A stretch of 64,000 nt of DNA from a virus (lineage: Duplodnaviria; Caudoviricetes): positions 1,302-65,301 of IMG/VR virus record IMGVR_UViG_2857375656_000002; one strand, given 5' to 3'. A program made the translations under genes and the position numbers. Of this stretch, positions 29,016 through 38,488 are shown one piece after another. The first letter of the stretch is position 1, and each line of letters begins with the position of its first letter. The notes beneath the pieces are model-generated. The model was not told the DNA's origin, searched no databases, and was given only the letters and a program-made list of their open reading frames with translations.

Positions 29016-29707
29016 TAGGCATACCCCCCAAAATTGGCGGCGCCGTTGGCGCTGTCGTAGATATTCCCGCTCAGCCCTTTAGGATTGAGGACGGTTGAGT
29101 TGGCCACATTTGTTTTGGCTGGGGCCATGTTGTTAAGCCCATAGGCTGCGCCGCCAGCAACAGCTCCCATAGCGGCACCTGCAAGTTGCAGGTTTGCAGA
29201 CTTGCGATTGAAATTCGTAAACGCTGCGGACTGGGCGTCTTGAGCCGCTTGGTTGGCGACGGTGTTGAGGCCCGCCTGTGCCTGGGATGATTGCCCTTGG
29301 CCGATCGCTGCCACACTGCTGAGCCCGGCGATTTTCTGCCCTTTCTGTTCGAACTGTGCACGGGCCATGGTATCGCCGCCCGCCGCACCCACGCTTGCGG
29401 CCAGATCGGCCTGGGCACCGACGGAGCGGCCGCTGTTTGGATTCAAGCCGTACTGCTGGGCCATGCCTTGGTCGACCTGCTTCAGGCCCGACGCCAGTGC
29501 TTGTTGAGTTCCCGCGTTCGCCTTGCCGCGGACGTAGGCCATGCTGCCGGCCGAATCCATGTCATCCACGCGCTTCATGTACGCGTTTTCAACCGGCGCC
29601 AGCCTTTCCTGGGCGTAGTTCCACTTTTCCGCAGCCACTTGAGCGGCATACTTCTGTTCTGGCGTGTCCTGTATCGAATTATCGGTTTTTCCACCACCGC
29701 CACTCAT
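29015..29707 (-). CDS. Putative ejection protein
   Basis: MSGGGGKTDNSIQDTPEQ start typical of P22 gp7-like pilot proteins; start trimmed to 29707. Confidence 0.7.
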   Translation of the reverse strand: MSGGGGKTDNSIQDTPEQKYAAQVAAEKWNYAQERLAPVENAYMKRVDDMDSAGSMAYVRGKANAGTQQALASGLKQVDQGMAQQYGLNPNSGRSVGAQADLAASVGAAGGDTMARAQFEQKGQKIAGLSSVAAIGQGQSSQAQAGLNTVANQAAQDAQSAAFTNFNRKSANLQLAGAAMGAVAGGAAYGLNNMAPAKTNVANSTVLNPKGLSGNIYDSANGAANFGGYA

Positions 29708-30168
29708 TGTGCACCTCCCTTGATCAATTCCTGGTTGTAGGCGGAAAAGGTCTCGTCGTGGAAAAACCGACGTATGCCGGCGGAAACCTCGGCCATCCAG
29801 GCGCTCCCGCCGATGAGGTAGGCGCATTGCACCACCAGACCAGTGAGCTGATCCCGCAAGACAAAGGCCAAGCTACGACCGTGGTGGTCCCCTTCTCTCT
29901 CCAGGGTGACGCTGTCGCGCCAGTCTTGGAGTGCCCCTGCCATCAGCGGGCGAACGAAGTGTTCGAAGTGGCGGTAGAACGGATTGATGGGCAGCTCAAT
30001 CAGCGCTAGCCAGAACGCCTGGTAGACGTCGTTGGGGGTCAGCGGTTTATCACCGTCCACGATGTCATCCAGGGTCTGCGAGATAGAGAACAGCGTCTCG
30101 CAAAATGAGATTGCATCAGGGTTGCCCTTGAGTACCCGGGCGAGCAATTGCTCTTGTGTTTCGATCAT
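29704..30168 (-). CDS. Hypothetical all-helical protein with DDxxD motif
   Basis: QTLDDIVDGDKP...INPFY. Confidence 0.72.
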   Translation of the reverse strand: MIETQEQLLARVLKGNPDAISFCETLFSISQTLDDIVDGDKPLTPNDVYQAFWLALIELPINPFYRHFEHFVRPLMAGALQDWRDSVTLEREGDHHGRSLAFVLRDQLTGLVVQCAYLIGGSAWMAEVSAGIRRFFHDETFSAYNQELIKGGAQ

Positions 30169-30178
30169 TGATAAGCCC

Positions 30179-31993
30179 TCACGCGAAAAGTCGGGTCAGA
30201 TCCGCCTGACGCAATTTGATCGTTGCGTCCTGGCCGGTGCCGGGTTTGAAAATGATGGACAGCCGAAGCTTGAGGCTGGTGGGCATCTCCGACAGGGCAA
30301 GCGTCTGCGTGACAAGCGTGCCGGCAATGGTCCCGATAGGCATTGCGTGATTTAGCTCCTGGTTCTGCCCGATCTGGGCAACGGTGGTGCCGCTCGCTCC
30401 CACAGCCACGATTTGGAGGGCCACCTGCAGCACACTGGTATTCACGCTGATGAACTCCCAACCAGCCACCGCACGCAGGCGTTGACCCACTGCGAGTTTC
30501 GAGACGTCCACCGACTGTTCTAAAGTCAGCGTCGGTGTGGTGCCGCTCGGCATACCGGTAATCCGCAGAACCTGTTTGAATCCAAAATCTGCCGCCTCCT
30601 TTGAAGCGGCCACGGCCAGGCCGTTGAGGTCCGACCCCAGCAACGTGCAGGATGAAGCCAACTGTCCGGTGGCATTGCTACCGCCACCCAGCACACCGTT
30701 GGTACCGGTTAGAAGCGAGTTAGGAATCAAGCTGCCGCCGGGAACCAGCGCCGCGTCGTAAGCAACGTTCGCGGTTGGGAGCACTGCCGGAAAGGTGAAT
30801 AGGCGTTTCAATGGCTCAGCGACCTTGCGGCCAATGATTCGCGCGCCTGCCGCAGTGGGATGGAGACCATCACCTGTAAGTCCGCCCAAAGGCCAAAAAT
30901 TCGAACCGGATGCTGGGTCAACCATTTCGTCCCAGGGGTTCACCACCACCACGCCCAGGCTGGGTGCAACGTTTAAATACCAGTTGTGGACTGCAAAATG
31001 GTTCGCGGTCTGCTGCGCAGGGAGCCCAACGTTAGCGCCCATTACTGGCGTTTCAGCAATGGCAATGACTATCTTGCCCCGCTTGATCAACGCCGAGTAC
31101 ATGTACTCCAGATTTCGAATCGTCTGTTCCAACGTCATGCCTTTGATCCGGTCGTTTCCGGTACCAAAATGCACCATCACGTCAAAGACATTGCTGTTTG
31201 CGATTACATCAGTTTGCAGCCGTGCCAGCATTTGCGAAGTGGTGTTGCCGTCGATCCCTTTGTTCAGGGACAGCGGAAACGCGGCAAGGCCGCCCGTTTC
31301 AGAGACAGCCCAGTCGGCAAAGCCTACGTTGCCCTTGGTGCACTGAAACGCGCGGCTATCACCGAGCACCAGCACATCAGTGAGCAAAGGCTTGTAGAGG
31401 CGAGCCAGCGCCTTCTGCACGGCACCATCAGCCAAACTGCCCTGGTCCGCTGTCGCCGCCCCGATATCGCCGGGGGTAACTGTAAGTTTACCGTTCTCAT
31501 CCGGTACAACGTCATTGAGCCTCTTGACCGTTCCGGCCCCGCCACCAACGCCGCCGGAACCCGCGATAACTGCGAGCCTGGCCGGGCATGCGGCCATGGT
31601 GACCGTGCCATACCGGTCAGTAAGCGGATATTTGCCGTCTTTGTTCGGCCCGCCGTTGGCTGAACCCGTGGCCCAGTCTGCGAACTCCCCGAGGCTCACC
31701 TGCCGATCCTTAAGGAACTCCTCGACCTTCTCGAGGAGGTCGCGCACGTTCTGAGCGGTAGCAAATCGGAGCAGGACATACGGCGCACCATTGACGGCCA
31801 CCGCCGGGCCCGCGTCGAGTGTCAGACGGTTGTCAGACTCGACCGTCACCAGTTCGAAGCATTGGCCGCTCGGGATCAGGAGCACGTCGCCCCTGGCGGC
31901 GTTGGATAGCCACGCTGTACCGGCGCCGGTCGCAATTACTGCGCCCGCAGCGATACTGACCGTGCCAGCGCGGTAGATATGAGTCGTAGCCAT
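30179..31993 (-). CDS. Tailspike/fibre with SGNH/GDSL esterase domain
   Basis: Blocks LGDSR, GIDGNTT, GTGND, GDGLHP; fibre-type N-terminus and beta-sandwich C-terminus. Confidence 0.82.
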   Translation of the reverse strand: MATTHIYRAGTVSIAAGAVIATGAGTAWLSNAARGDVLLIPSGQCFELVTVESDNRLTLDAGPAVAVNGAPYVLLRFATAQNVRDLLEKVEEFLKDRQVSLGEFADWATGSANGGPNKDGKYPLTDRYGTVTMAACPARLAVIAGSGGVGGGAGTVKRLNDVVPDENGKLTVTPGDIGAATADQGSLADGAVQKALARLYKPLLTDVLVLGDSRAFQCTKGNVGFADWAVSETGGLAAFPLSLNKGIDGNTTSQMLARLQTDVIANSNVFDVMVHFGTGNDRIKGMTLEQTIRNLEYMYSALIKRGKIVIAIAETPVMGANVGLPAQQTANHFAVHNWYLNVAPSLGVVVVNPWDEMVDPASGSNFWPLGGLTGDGLHPTAAGARIIGRKVAEPLKRLFTFPAVLPTANVAYDAALVPGGSLIPNSLLTGTNGVLGGGSNATGQLASSCTLLGSDLNGLAVAASKEAADFGFKQVLRITGMPSGTTPTLTLEQSVDVSKLAVGQRLRAVAGWEFISVNTSVLQVALQIVAVGASGTTVAQIGQNQELNHAMPIGTIAGTLVTQTLALSEMPTSLKLRLSIIFKPGTGQDATIKLRQADLTRLFA

Positions 31994-32010
31994 GATTTTT
32001 CCTGAAGAGT

Positions 32011-32847
32011 TTACGCTGGGCCGGGGCCGGTCGGCAGGACAACGCCCTGCTCGACCGGCCTTCTGGTTTCGATGAAGAGGAATGGCATATGAATCAGCGT
32101 GCCAGAACGGCCAGTAAGGATTAGCCGCTGCACGGGCTCGCCAATCAGGCCTGGAATAATCATCCTGCTACCAGCTACCTCACCGTTGTAGCGCATGTAA
32201 TAGCCCGTTCCGATAGAACTGATCAGCATCCACTCGTTCCGCGCGCCGAAAGTATCCGAACCGTTCCAAGCCTCGAGGTATTGGTCGTTGAGCACCTGGT
32301 CGCGGTGACTGTAGTTCCAGACGCCATTGGATCGCTTGTAGCTGACTGCATTGTTTCCGGAGTCGAACACCACCGTTGACGACCCTGGCGCCCAAACTCG
32401 CACGCCGTGGGTCTCGCCGCTGATATAACCGCCGGAAAACACCACCAGGAACTCGCACATATAGGCCCGCATAAGCGGATACAGCTGCGCGGTGTTCTGC
32501 GGGTTGCCTGGGAGGTTCGTGATGGTGAACACCACCACCATACCGGTCCATGCGCCTGGCGCGCCCTTAGCGGCAACGTAGCCAATGACGGTGTTAACCT
32601 GCGAGGCGACGTTGCGTGGCCTGGCGAACACCAGCGGCGGCGTCGGACTGGTTGATACGCCGTAAAACGTGTATTCCAGGAAGATCGCCACCGGCGGGAT
32701 GCCATCCCTTTCCTTGTAGAGGCGGATGTCAGTCCAGCCGGCGTTATCGACGTGCCCAGCGCTCTCGCCGACCGCGATGAAGATCGGATTGTTCTCATCG
32801 ACGGCGAGGTTACCCCAGTCGTTTTTGATCCTGAATCCGATGCTCAT
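32011..32847 (-). CDS. Minor tail protein
   Basis: MSIGFRIKNDWG...HGVRVW...VVFDSG, duplicated motif typical of tail-tip accessory proteins. Confidence 0.68.
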   Translation of the reverse strand: MSIGFRIKNDWGNLAVDENNPIFIAVGESAGHVDNAGWTDIRLYKERDGIPPVAIFLEYTFYGVSTSPTPPLVFARPRNVASQVNTVIGYVAAKGAPGAWTGMVVVFTITNLPGNPQNTAQLYPLMRAYMCEFLVVFSGGYISGETHGVRVWAPGSSTVVFDSGNNAVSYKRSNGVWNYSHRDQVLNDQYLEAWNGSDTFGARNEWMLISSIGTGYYMRYNGEVAGSRMIIPGLIGEPVQRLILTGRSGTLIHMPFLFIETRRPVEQGVVLPTGPGPA

Positions 32848-33125
32848 GAAGAAATCCCGAGGATCAGAAAGCAGGACACGGGCGCTGCGGACCATGTCAG
32901 CGTATTGCCGTCCGCACTGATCACCACAAGTGGCACAGGAGAGAACCCCACGTTTTCAGCAGGCATCAGGCTGATATCCAGTTTGAAACCCGCATACTGC
33001 GTCAGATCCAAGCTGCCACCGGCGTTGCTCTGCGTTCGGATCGACTCCATTTTTCGGATTGTTCGAACCGTGCTATCGAACGTGACCTGCTGATTCGCAT
33101 CACGGCACCGAATGATCGACGTCAT
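32844..33125 (-). CDS. Minor tail protein
   Basis: IRCRDANQQVTFDSTVR; follows DUF1983-like gene. Confidence 0.65.
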   Translation of the reverse strand: MTSIIRCRDANQQVTFDSTVRTIRKMESIRTQSNAGGSLDLTQYAGFKLDISLMPAENVGFSPVPLVVISADGNTLTWSAAPVSCFLILGISS

Positions 33126-34885
33126 ACCATCATCTCCCCGATTTCAATGCGCAGGCCGCCGGCGGCGTCGTACCAGTGCTGATATTGGTCCGTCATGACC
33201 ATGCGCGTCCCACCCACGAGCCCGTTCATGAATATCCCAGCCTGCGGGTCGATGACGAACCGTGGTAGCCCGCCGGCACCTATCTGCGAGCTCACCAACT
33301 GCCCGTAAATCTGGCCGAAACCGATAGTGATGCTCGCCACGTCAATGGCCTCGGCGCGCAGCTGGCCGCCAATCGTGGTAATCGGCGTGAATCCGTCATT
33401 GGCAGTCAGCTTGCCAATGCTGATGGGGCCGATCTGCGCTTGCTGGATGGATGCTTCTTTCACCAGCAGTGTGTTGATGTAGACCCGCTCGTTATCCACG
33501 GTAAATGGGTTCACGTAGTTCGGGCCGTGAGCACCTGGTGTGGCGAGCCAGAAGCGGTTGGCCAAGATGGAAAAGTCAGCCACCTGGCCATTGTTATAAG
33601 CGCCGAAACCACTGATAAGCCCGTTTACGTCGAGCCGGAGCGTGTATTGAGCAGACAGCCCCTCAAGCGCCGAGGAATGCGTGCTAAGGGTCTGCTCGAT
33701 AGCTGCTGACTGGTCATTCAGGTTGCTTTGCAGCGTTGTGATAGCTCGCGCGGTCGCTTCAAACTCGTTGACGATTGCCTGCTGATCGCTGACGTACTTC
33801 GCGTCGGAGTTATCCATCCGCGCGACCAGACTCATCATGTTGCGAACCTGGGTTTCCAAAGCACTTGCAAAGGTCTCGCTGTAACCGGTCAGCACCGCCT
33901 CAGCGGTCTCAAGGCGCGACGACATGCCGTTTAGTGCCTGGGTGGCGGCGTCCTGCAAAGTAATACGCGCCGAGCGCTCGCCGACGATATCGGCCTGGGC
34001 CTTACCGACGCTGACCTGCATCAGGTCGATTTGATGGGCGATTGCCTGCTGATCGGAGGTAATGACTTCCTGCAGCTGCGTGATAGCCGCCTTCACGTCT
34101 TCGCCGGTCTGCACCCGAATATCAGTGATTTGCCGGCGGATCTGGACGTTGTCGTCATCGCGCAGGAATCGCTCAGCGGACGTCAGAAGCCTCGCCGACT
34201 GCGCGGCCGCATCCAGCATTGCTATCGTCTGATTCAGCCCTTCCAGGTCGATGGCTTTCGCCAGCGCTTTTGCAAGCTCGCTCTGACTGGTCTGGCTGGT
34301 GATCAGCTTGAGCAGATAGTCGATATCGAGTTGCGCCTCGATGGCGGTGCCGGCCGGGCTGTTGGGCGGCCCCTCAATGCCCGAGGTGGAAACCCAGGTG
34401 ATCCAGTAGAAATACACTTTCCCTTTCTTGGGATCGTTGGGGTCTACCGCATCGCCTCGAATTGGGTCGCTGTACATCATGCCCGTGGCGCGGCTGATCT
34501 GCGTCGCCTGACCGAAGTTATCGGTTTCACTGCGGTAAATGTTGGTCAGCGAGTGGTTTCGATAGAGCTTGTAGGGGTTATCCCAGGTCAGGGTGTTCAT
34601 GCCGAACACACCAGCACCTTGGAACCCCACAGGGGCAGGCGGTATTGCCCGGTCTGGCACGCCAGGGCTGGGAACCAATCCGCCGTTACCACCTGGCTTC
34701 CAGCCTGGCCGGAGCGTAAACGCACCGCTTTCCAGCAAATCCCGGTAGGTCAGCTTCTTGTCGAGGCCATTCCCGCGATTCCCCTCGCCCGTCTCAATGA
34801 TCTCAGTCAGAGCACTGAAAAACGGGCGCAACTCCGCCGAAACCTTACTGCTGGGTGCAGGAAGGCTTGAGCGCTTTGTCGTCAT
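33122..34885 (-). CDS. Tail tip protein (Fn3-like, coiled coil, DUF1983-like C-terminus)
   Basis: LSAQYTLRLDVNGLISGFG...FSILANRF...PFTVDNERVYINTLLVKEASI. Confidence 0.75.
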   Translation of the reverse strand: MTTKRSSLPAPSSKVSAELRPFFSALTEIIETGEGNRGNGLDKKLTYRDLLESGAFTLRPGWKPGGNGGLVPSPGVPDRAIPPAPVGFQGAGVFGMNTLTWDNPYKLYRNHSLTNIYRSETDNFGQATQISRATGMMYSDPIRGDAVDPNDPKKGKVYFYWITWVSTSGIEGPPNSPAGTAIEAQLDIDYLLKLITSQTSQSELAKALAKAIDLEGLNQTIAMLDAAAQSARLLTSAERFLRDDDNVQIRRQITDIRVQTGEDVKAAITQLQEVITSDQQAIAHQIDLMQVSVGKAQADIVGERSARITLQDAATQALNGMSSRLETAEAVLTGYSETFASALETQVRNMMSLVARMDNSDAKYVSDQQAIVNEFEATARAITTLQSNLNDQSAAIEQTLSTHSSALEGLSAQYTLRLDVNGLISGFGAYNNGQVADFSILANRFWLATPGAHGPNYVNPFTVDNERVYINTLLVKEASIQQAQIGPISIGKLTANDGFTPITTIGGQLRAEAIDVASITIGFGQIYGQLVSSQIGAGGLPRFVIDPQAGIFMNGLVGGTRMVMTDQYQHWYDAAGGLRIEIGEMMV

Positions 34886-36501
34886 TAGGTCAACTCAGAG
34901 GGTGTGTTCGCAATTTGGATAGAGAAAACTTCGGTCGAGCCGGACGCTTCCACCTGCCATTCGCGCGCATCCGCGAAACCCGGCGGCAGCCTGAACATCT
35001 GGTTACTGCCAATTTCGGCGTCGAGCGCGGTGTTGCCATCGGCGATCACCCGGAACCGGACAGGAAAGGCCGCCGCCACCACCTTTCCGCAGCTGAAATT
35101 CGCGGAGCCTGGTGGAAACTCGAATACCTTCGAGCGCCACCGGTAGGTCATGGGCGGCCCGCCTCGCCACTTGGCAATCGTGCTGCCCTGGATCAGATAC
35201 AGCGTGGAGGCCGCAATGTCGTAGTAGGAGTTGGCCGCCTGGGCGTCAATGAACTCAATCCCCTCGCCTGGGGCCAGTGCAAAGCACCCGCCGTCGTAAA
35301 ACGCGAGATACCGACCTTCGTATCGACACGCATGAATCGATGCAGGATTCAGCGCTTGCCACTGCTCCGGCGTCAGCACCCCGTCGGTGATCAGTTGAGG
35401 CTCACCGCCAGACACCGCCACCAGCCCCTCGGTCGACGCATAGACGACGTACTCGCCCATATCGACCACCGACCCCCTGGACACGCACACACGGTCTGCA
35501 TCCGGGTCAGCAGCGCTCATCGCCGCAGGCGTTGTGCCGGTGACCAGTCGCGGACGTCCGGTGGTGGCAACCACCAGCCCGGCAGTGGTGACGCCGATCC
35601 CGACTATTTTGTCAGGAAAGGAAATTTGGTAATCAACCGGCCAGGCGTGCGGGTGATACGGCTCGCAAAAGCACAGCGTGTTGTCGAAGAACCCGGCAAA
35701 TATGCCGTTTGGCATCTCGACCAGGCCGACCATCGCCGGATCTGGCATATCCCAGGTGAGCGACGGGCAGGCAATACCCAGCTCATCGCTATTCACGTCG
35801 TCCACCCAACTGCCTTGGGCCACAGGGAAGTCAGCCAAATACAGGAATTCACCGCCACTTTCCGACCGGTAGAGCCGTTTGGTGACGATGTTGTACGGAC
35901 CGTTGGGCGACGGCGGCAGTTGAACGTTGACCTTACCAGGCAGTTGGTCGCCCGCGCCGTCCCAGCGGTTGATGATGTTTGACGCAGGGCTGGGCGGCCC
36001 CTCTTCGCCATAGGCTGAGACATAGGTCACCACATACGTCGCGCCCACGGTGGTGGTCGGCGGTGCTTCACCGCCGGCTGGCTCTGTCACCAATGGCGCG
36101 CTGACCGGAGCAGGGATGCCCAGCCGATAAAACCCGGATGGGTATGGTCCGGCGCCCTGAGTGGCGACACCGATGGGGGCCATCTTGGGAAACGAGTCGC
36201 CGGTCCAGTACACCCGCGACCAAGCATCCCTCGCCAGCGGGCTTTTTGCTGCATTGACCTGCTGACCATCGCCCCAGGCAAACCAGAACCCGGCGCCGTT
36301 GTTGCCGAATGGGTACCGGTAGATAGATGACGGATTGATCACGCCGCCAATCCCAAGCACGGGCAGCGGCGCGTTTTCAGCCCGCAGCGACCCCTTGCGC
36401 AGGTTTACGTTGCGGGCCGCCTGGGCGTTGGTCGGCTGCAAAAGACGCGGGGTCAGTGCCGGCAGCTCGCCCTTGAAAGACGTGATCGCAATCGATGTCA
36501 T
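34885..36501 (-). CDS. Tail nozzle/stabilization protein (P22 gp10-like)
   Basis: FKGELPALTPRLL...FCEPYHPHAWP...YRWRSKVF. Confidence 0.72.
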   Translation of the reverse strand: MTSIAITSFKGELPALTPRLLQPTNAQAARNVNLRKGSLRAENAPLPVLGIGGVINPSSIYRYPFGNNGAGFWFAWGDGQQVNAAKSPLARDAWSRVYWTGDSFPKMAPIGVATQGAGPYPSGFYRLGIPAPVSAPLVTEPAGGEAPPTTTVGATYVVTYVSAYGEEGPPSPASNIINRWDGAGDQLPGKVNVQLPPSPNGPYNIVTKRLYRSESGGEFLYLADFPVAQGSWVDDVNSDELGIACPSLTWDMPDPAMVGLVEMPNGIFAGFFDNTLCFCEPYHPHAWPVDYQISFPDKIVGIGVTTAGLVVATTGRPRLVTGTTPAAMSAADPDADRVCVSRGSVVDMGEYVVYASTEGLVAVSGGEPQLITDGVLTPEQWQALNPASIHACRYEGRYLAFYDGGCFALAPGEGIEFIDAQAANSYYDIAASTLYLIQGSTIAKWRGGPPMTYRWRSKVFEFPPGSANFSCGKVVAAAFPVRFRVIADGNTALDAEIGSNQMFRLPPGFADAREWQVEASGSTEVFSIQIANTPSELT

Positions 36502-37043
36502 GGAAACCTCGGTGTTTTCATCCTTATGCTGCCGGACTGGTGGCCGGCGAGCGCCTCAGATCGGGCATTGGTGCAGAGGGCATAGAACGCTGCCTGATCC
36601 ATCAGGGCGCGCTGCATGTCGGACCAGGGTTTCTCGGGCATCTTGCGCAGCCAGTACTGGGCGCCGAGCATCAACGCCTCACAGTAGCGGTCCAGCAGCC
36701 AGTCCGGGGGCACCGCCACAGTGGAGCCAAACGTGGGTCGCACTACCACATCAGCGGTCAGCCCCGAAGGGCCACCGGTGACAATCACAGTGTCCGGCGA
36801 AGGCTGGAACACTTGGTAAAGTGCAGGCCGACCATCCTGATACAGCGCTTGGATGCGGATCGGCTCAAGGCCTGGACCGGCGGTGATCTGCTGCTCACCA
36901 TCGGACAGCTGGATTCTGACTTTCCAAGCCGGCACCTCTGTGCACAGCTCGCGCAGCGCCCAGGCCACACCGTCACGGATAGAGGCGATTACCACCCCCG
37001 GCACGTTTGGCAGGATCTGGTCGACCAGCTGGCTCACGTTCAT
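36498..37043 (-). CDS. Head-tail adaptor-like protein
   Basis: Position and YWLRKMPEKPWSD motif. Confidence 0.6.
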   Translation of the reverse strand: MNVSQLVDQILPNVPGVVIASIRDGVAWALRELCTEVPAWKVRIQLSDGEQQITAGPGLEPIRIQALYQDGRPALYQVFQPSPDTVIVTGGPSGLTADVVVRPTFGSTVAVPPDWLLDRYCEALMLGAQYWLRKMPEKPWSDMQRALMDQAAFYALCTNARSEALAGHQSGSIRMKTPRFP

Positions 37044-37738
37044 TGCTGCGGTACCTGTTGTTGGGATGTGGCGGCGACCGGCAGAGGGCCAAGCATGCGA
37101 TCTGTCTGCACTTTCATGCCCAGGGCAGCCTGGAACATCTGGAAGTGCATCGTTGCGCGGTTGAGGTTGGCCGCGTGTTCGGCGTCTTTCGCGTAGGCTC
37201 TGGAGAGGATGTAATCCACCAGCACCGGCGCAAACGAGTCATCGAGGCGGATCTTTTCAGCGGCCGAGTCGGTGGCCATCGCCTGGGCGTGCGGGTCTGG
37301 CACCGACGAGTAAATGATCTCCAGCTTGCTGGTGGCCATCGCCGGCGGGTAGACATAAAACTGCCGCGGTGCCGCTTCGTCGAAGATGTATTGCTCGATC
37401 TCTTCAACCTGTTGCTCGGCGTGCCACCGGCGCCTGGTTGAATCGATGGCGCCCCGGGTCGTGAGAATCACGCTCAGCCCACCGCCCGCGGGGGTGATGT
37501 TGCGCACCACTTCCAGCAGGCGCAGGCCGCCCTCGGGGATGGATTGCCTGGTGCCCGGGGCGCAAGTAATTTCGGCCGTGACGGAACTGGCATTGGGCTT
37601 GATGTTGCAAATTGCCGCATACCCTTCATTCAGCCAATCCAGCAGCTCGGTGTTTGCCCACCGGGTGCCGTTGGAAGTGACTTCCTGCAGGATCTTTTTG
37701 GCGCGGGTCAGGATGTTGCCTACAGTCGTCACGGCCAC
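37040..37738 (-). CDS. Head-tail adaptor protein (DUF6682-like)
   Basis: RWANTELLDWLNEG...LVDYILSRAYAKDAE. Confidence 0.72.
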   Translation of the reverse strand: MAVTTVGNILTRAKKILQEVTSNGTRWANTELLDWLNEGYAAICNIKPNASSVTAEITCAPGTRQSIPEGGLRLLEVVRNITPAGGGLSVILTTRGAIDSTRRRWHAEQQVEEIEQYIFDEAAPRQFYVYPPAMATSKLEIIYSSVPDPHAQAMATDSAAEKIRLDDSFAPVLVDYILSRAYAKDAEHAANLNRATMHFQMFQAALGMKVQTDRMLGPLPVAATSQQQVPQQ

Positions 37739-37741
37739 GTT

Positions 37742-38425
37742 TTACACCTCTTGCATGTAGGAGAGTTTCGCCAGCTCGGTAGTCCATACGAACTCGCAGC
37801 CGGTCCTGGTGTTGCGCAGCAGACGATTGCCGGTGACCGGCGCCTGGCGTTCTTGATCATCGTCAACGTCTTCGAGATCAGGCGCCTGGGCCTCGGCCAA
37901 AGCAGAGGCTGTTGGCGGGTCGCCTGCTACCAACTTCATGTTGATGCCTGAGATGCTGACATCGCGCACAAGCGCCTCGGGCAGATACACCTGACCGTCC
38001 TCGCCGTTCACGGTGACAGGCCCGACGTGACGCCCGGGGCCAGGGTCGGCTGCCACCTGCACAGTCTCAACAGCAGCAGTTTGGGCAGCCGCGGCGTCGC
38101 CGGTTGGTTGGTCGCCCTCCGCCGCTTGATCAGCACCATCACCCGATGCCGCGTGCGCAGCGGAGTCAGTACCGGCTAAAGGATCGCCGGTAGTCTTGGG
38201 ATCAGCGAGGCCAGCAGTGCCGGCATTGCCAGGTTCCAGATCAGGGTTCGGCGCGTTTTCGTCGTCGGCTTCATCAGCCAGGGCCTTTTCGAGCCCTGCG
38301 AGCAATTCGGAGCGTAGTGTGTCCTCGCTCTTGCGTTGGTCAGCCTTCAAGCCCAGATCTTTGAGCATTTCGAGCAAACCGTCTTTGTCGGCTGTTTTTG
38401 CCTTATCAATCAATTCGCGAATCAT
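37742..38425 (-). CDS. Hypothetical head-associated protein
   Basis: Follows capsid; HeH-like N-terminus and low-complexity linker. Confidence 0.6.
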   Translation of the reverse strand: MIRELIDKAKTADKDGLLEMLKDLGLKADQRKSEDTLRSELLAGLEKALADEADDENAPNPDLEPGNAGTAGLADPKTTGDPLAGTDSAAHAASGDGADQAAEGDQPTGDAAAAQTAAVETVQVAADPGPGRHVGPVTVNGEDGQVYLPEALVRDVSISGINMKLVAGDPPTASALAEAQAPDLEDVDDDQERQAPVTGNRLLRNTRTGCEFVWTTELAKLSYMQEV

Positions 38426-38488
38426 GATTTTCTCCGAGGAAAGCAAAAAGCGGCCTGGTGGCCGCTTATGGGGTGGAGATGATGGTGA

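Noticed and set aside
30179-34885. Diversity-generating retroelement acting on tail genes
   Set aside because: No reverse transcriptase and no template/variable repeat pair noticed
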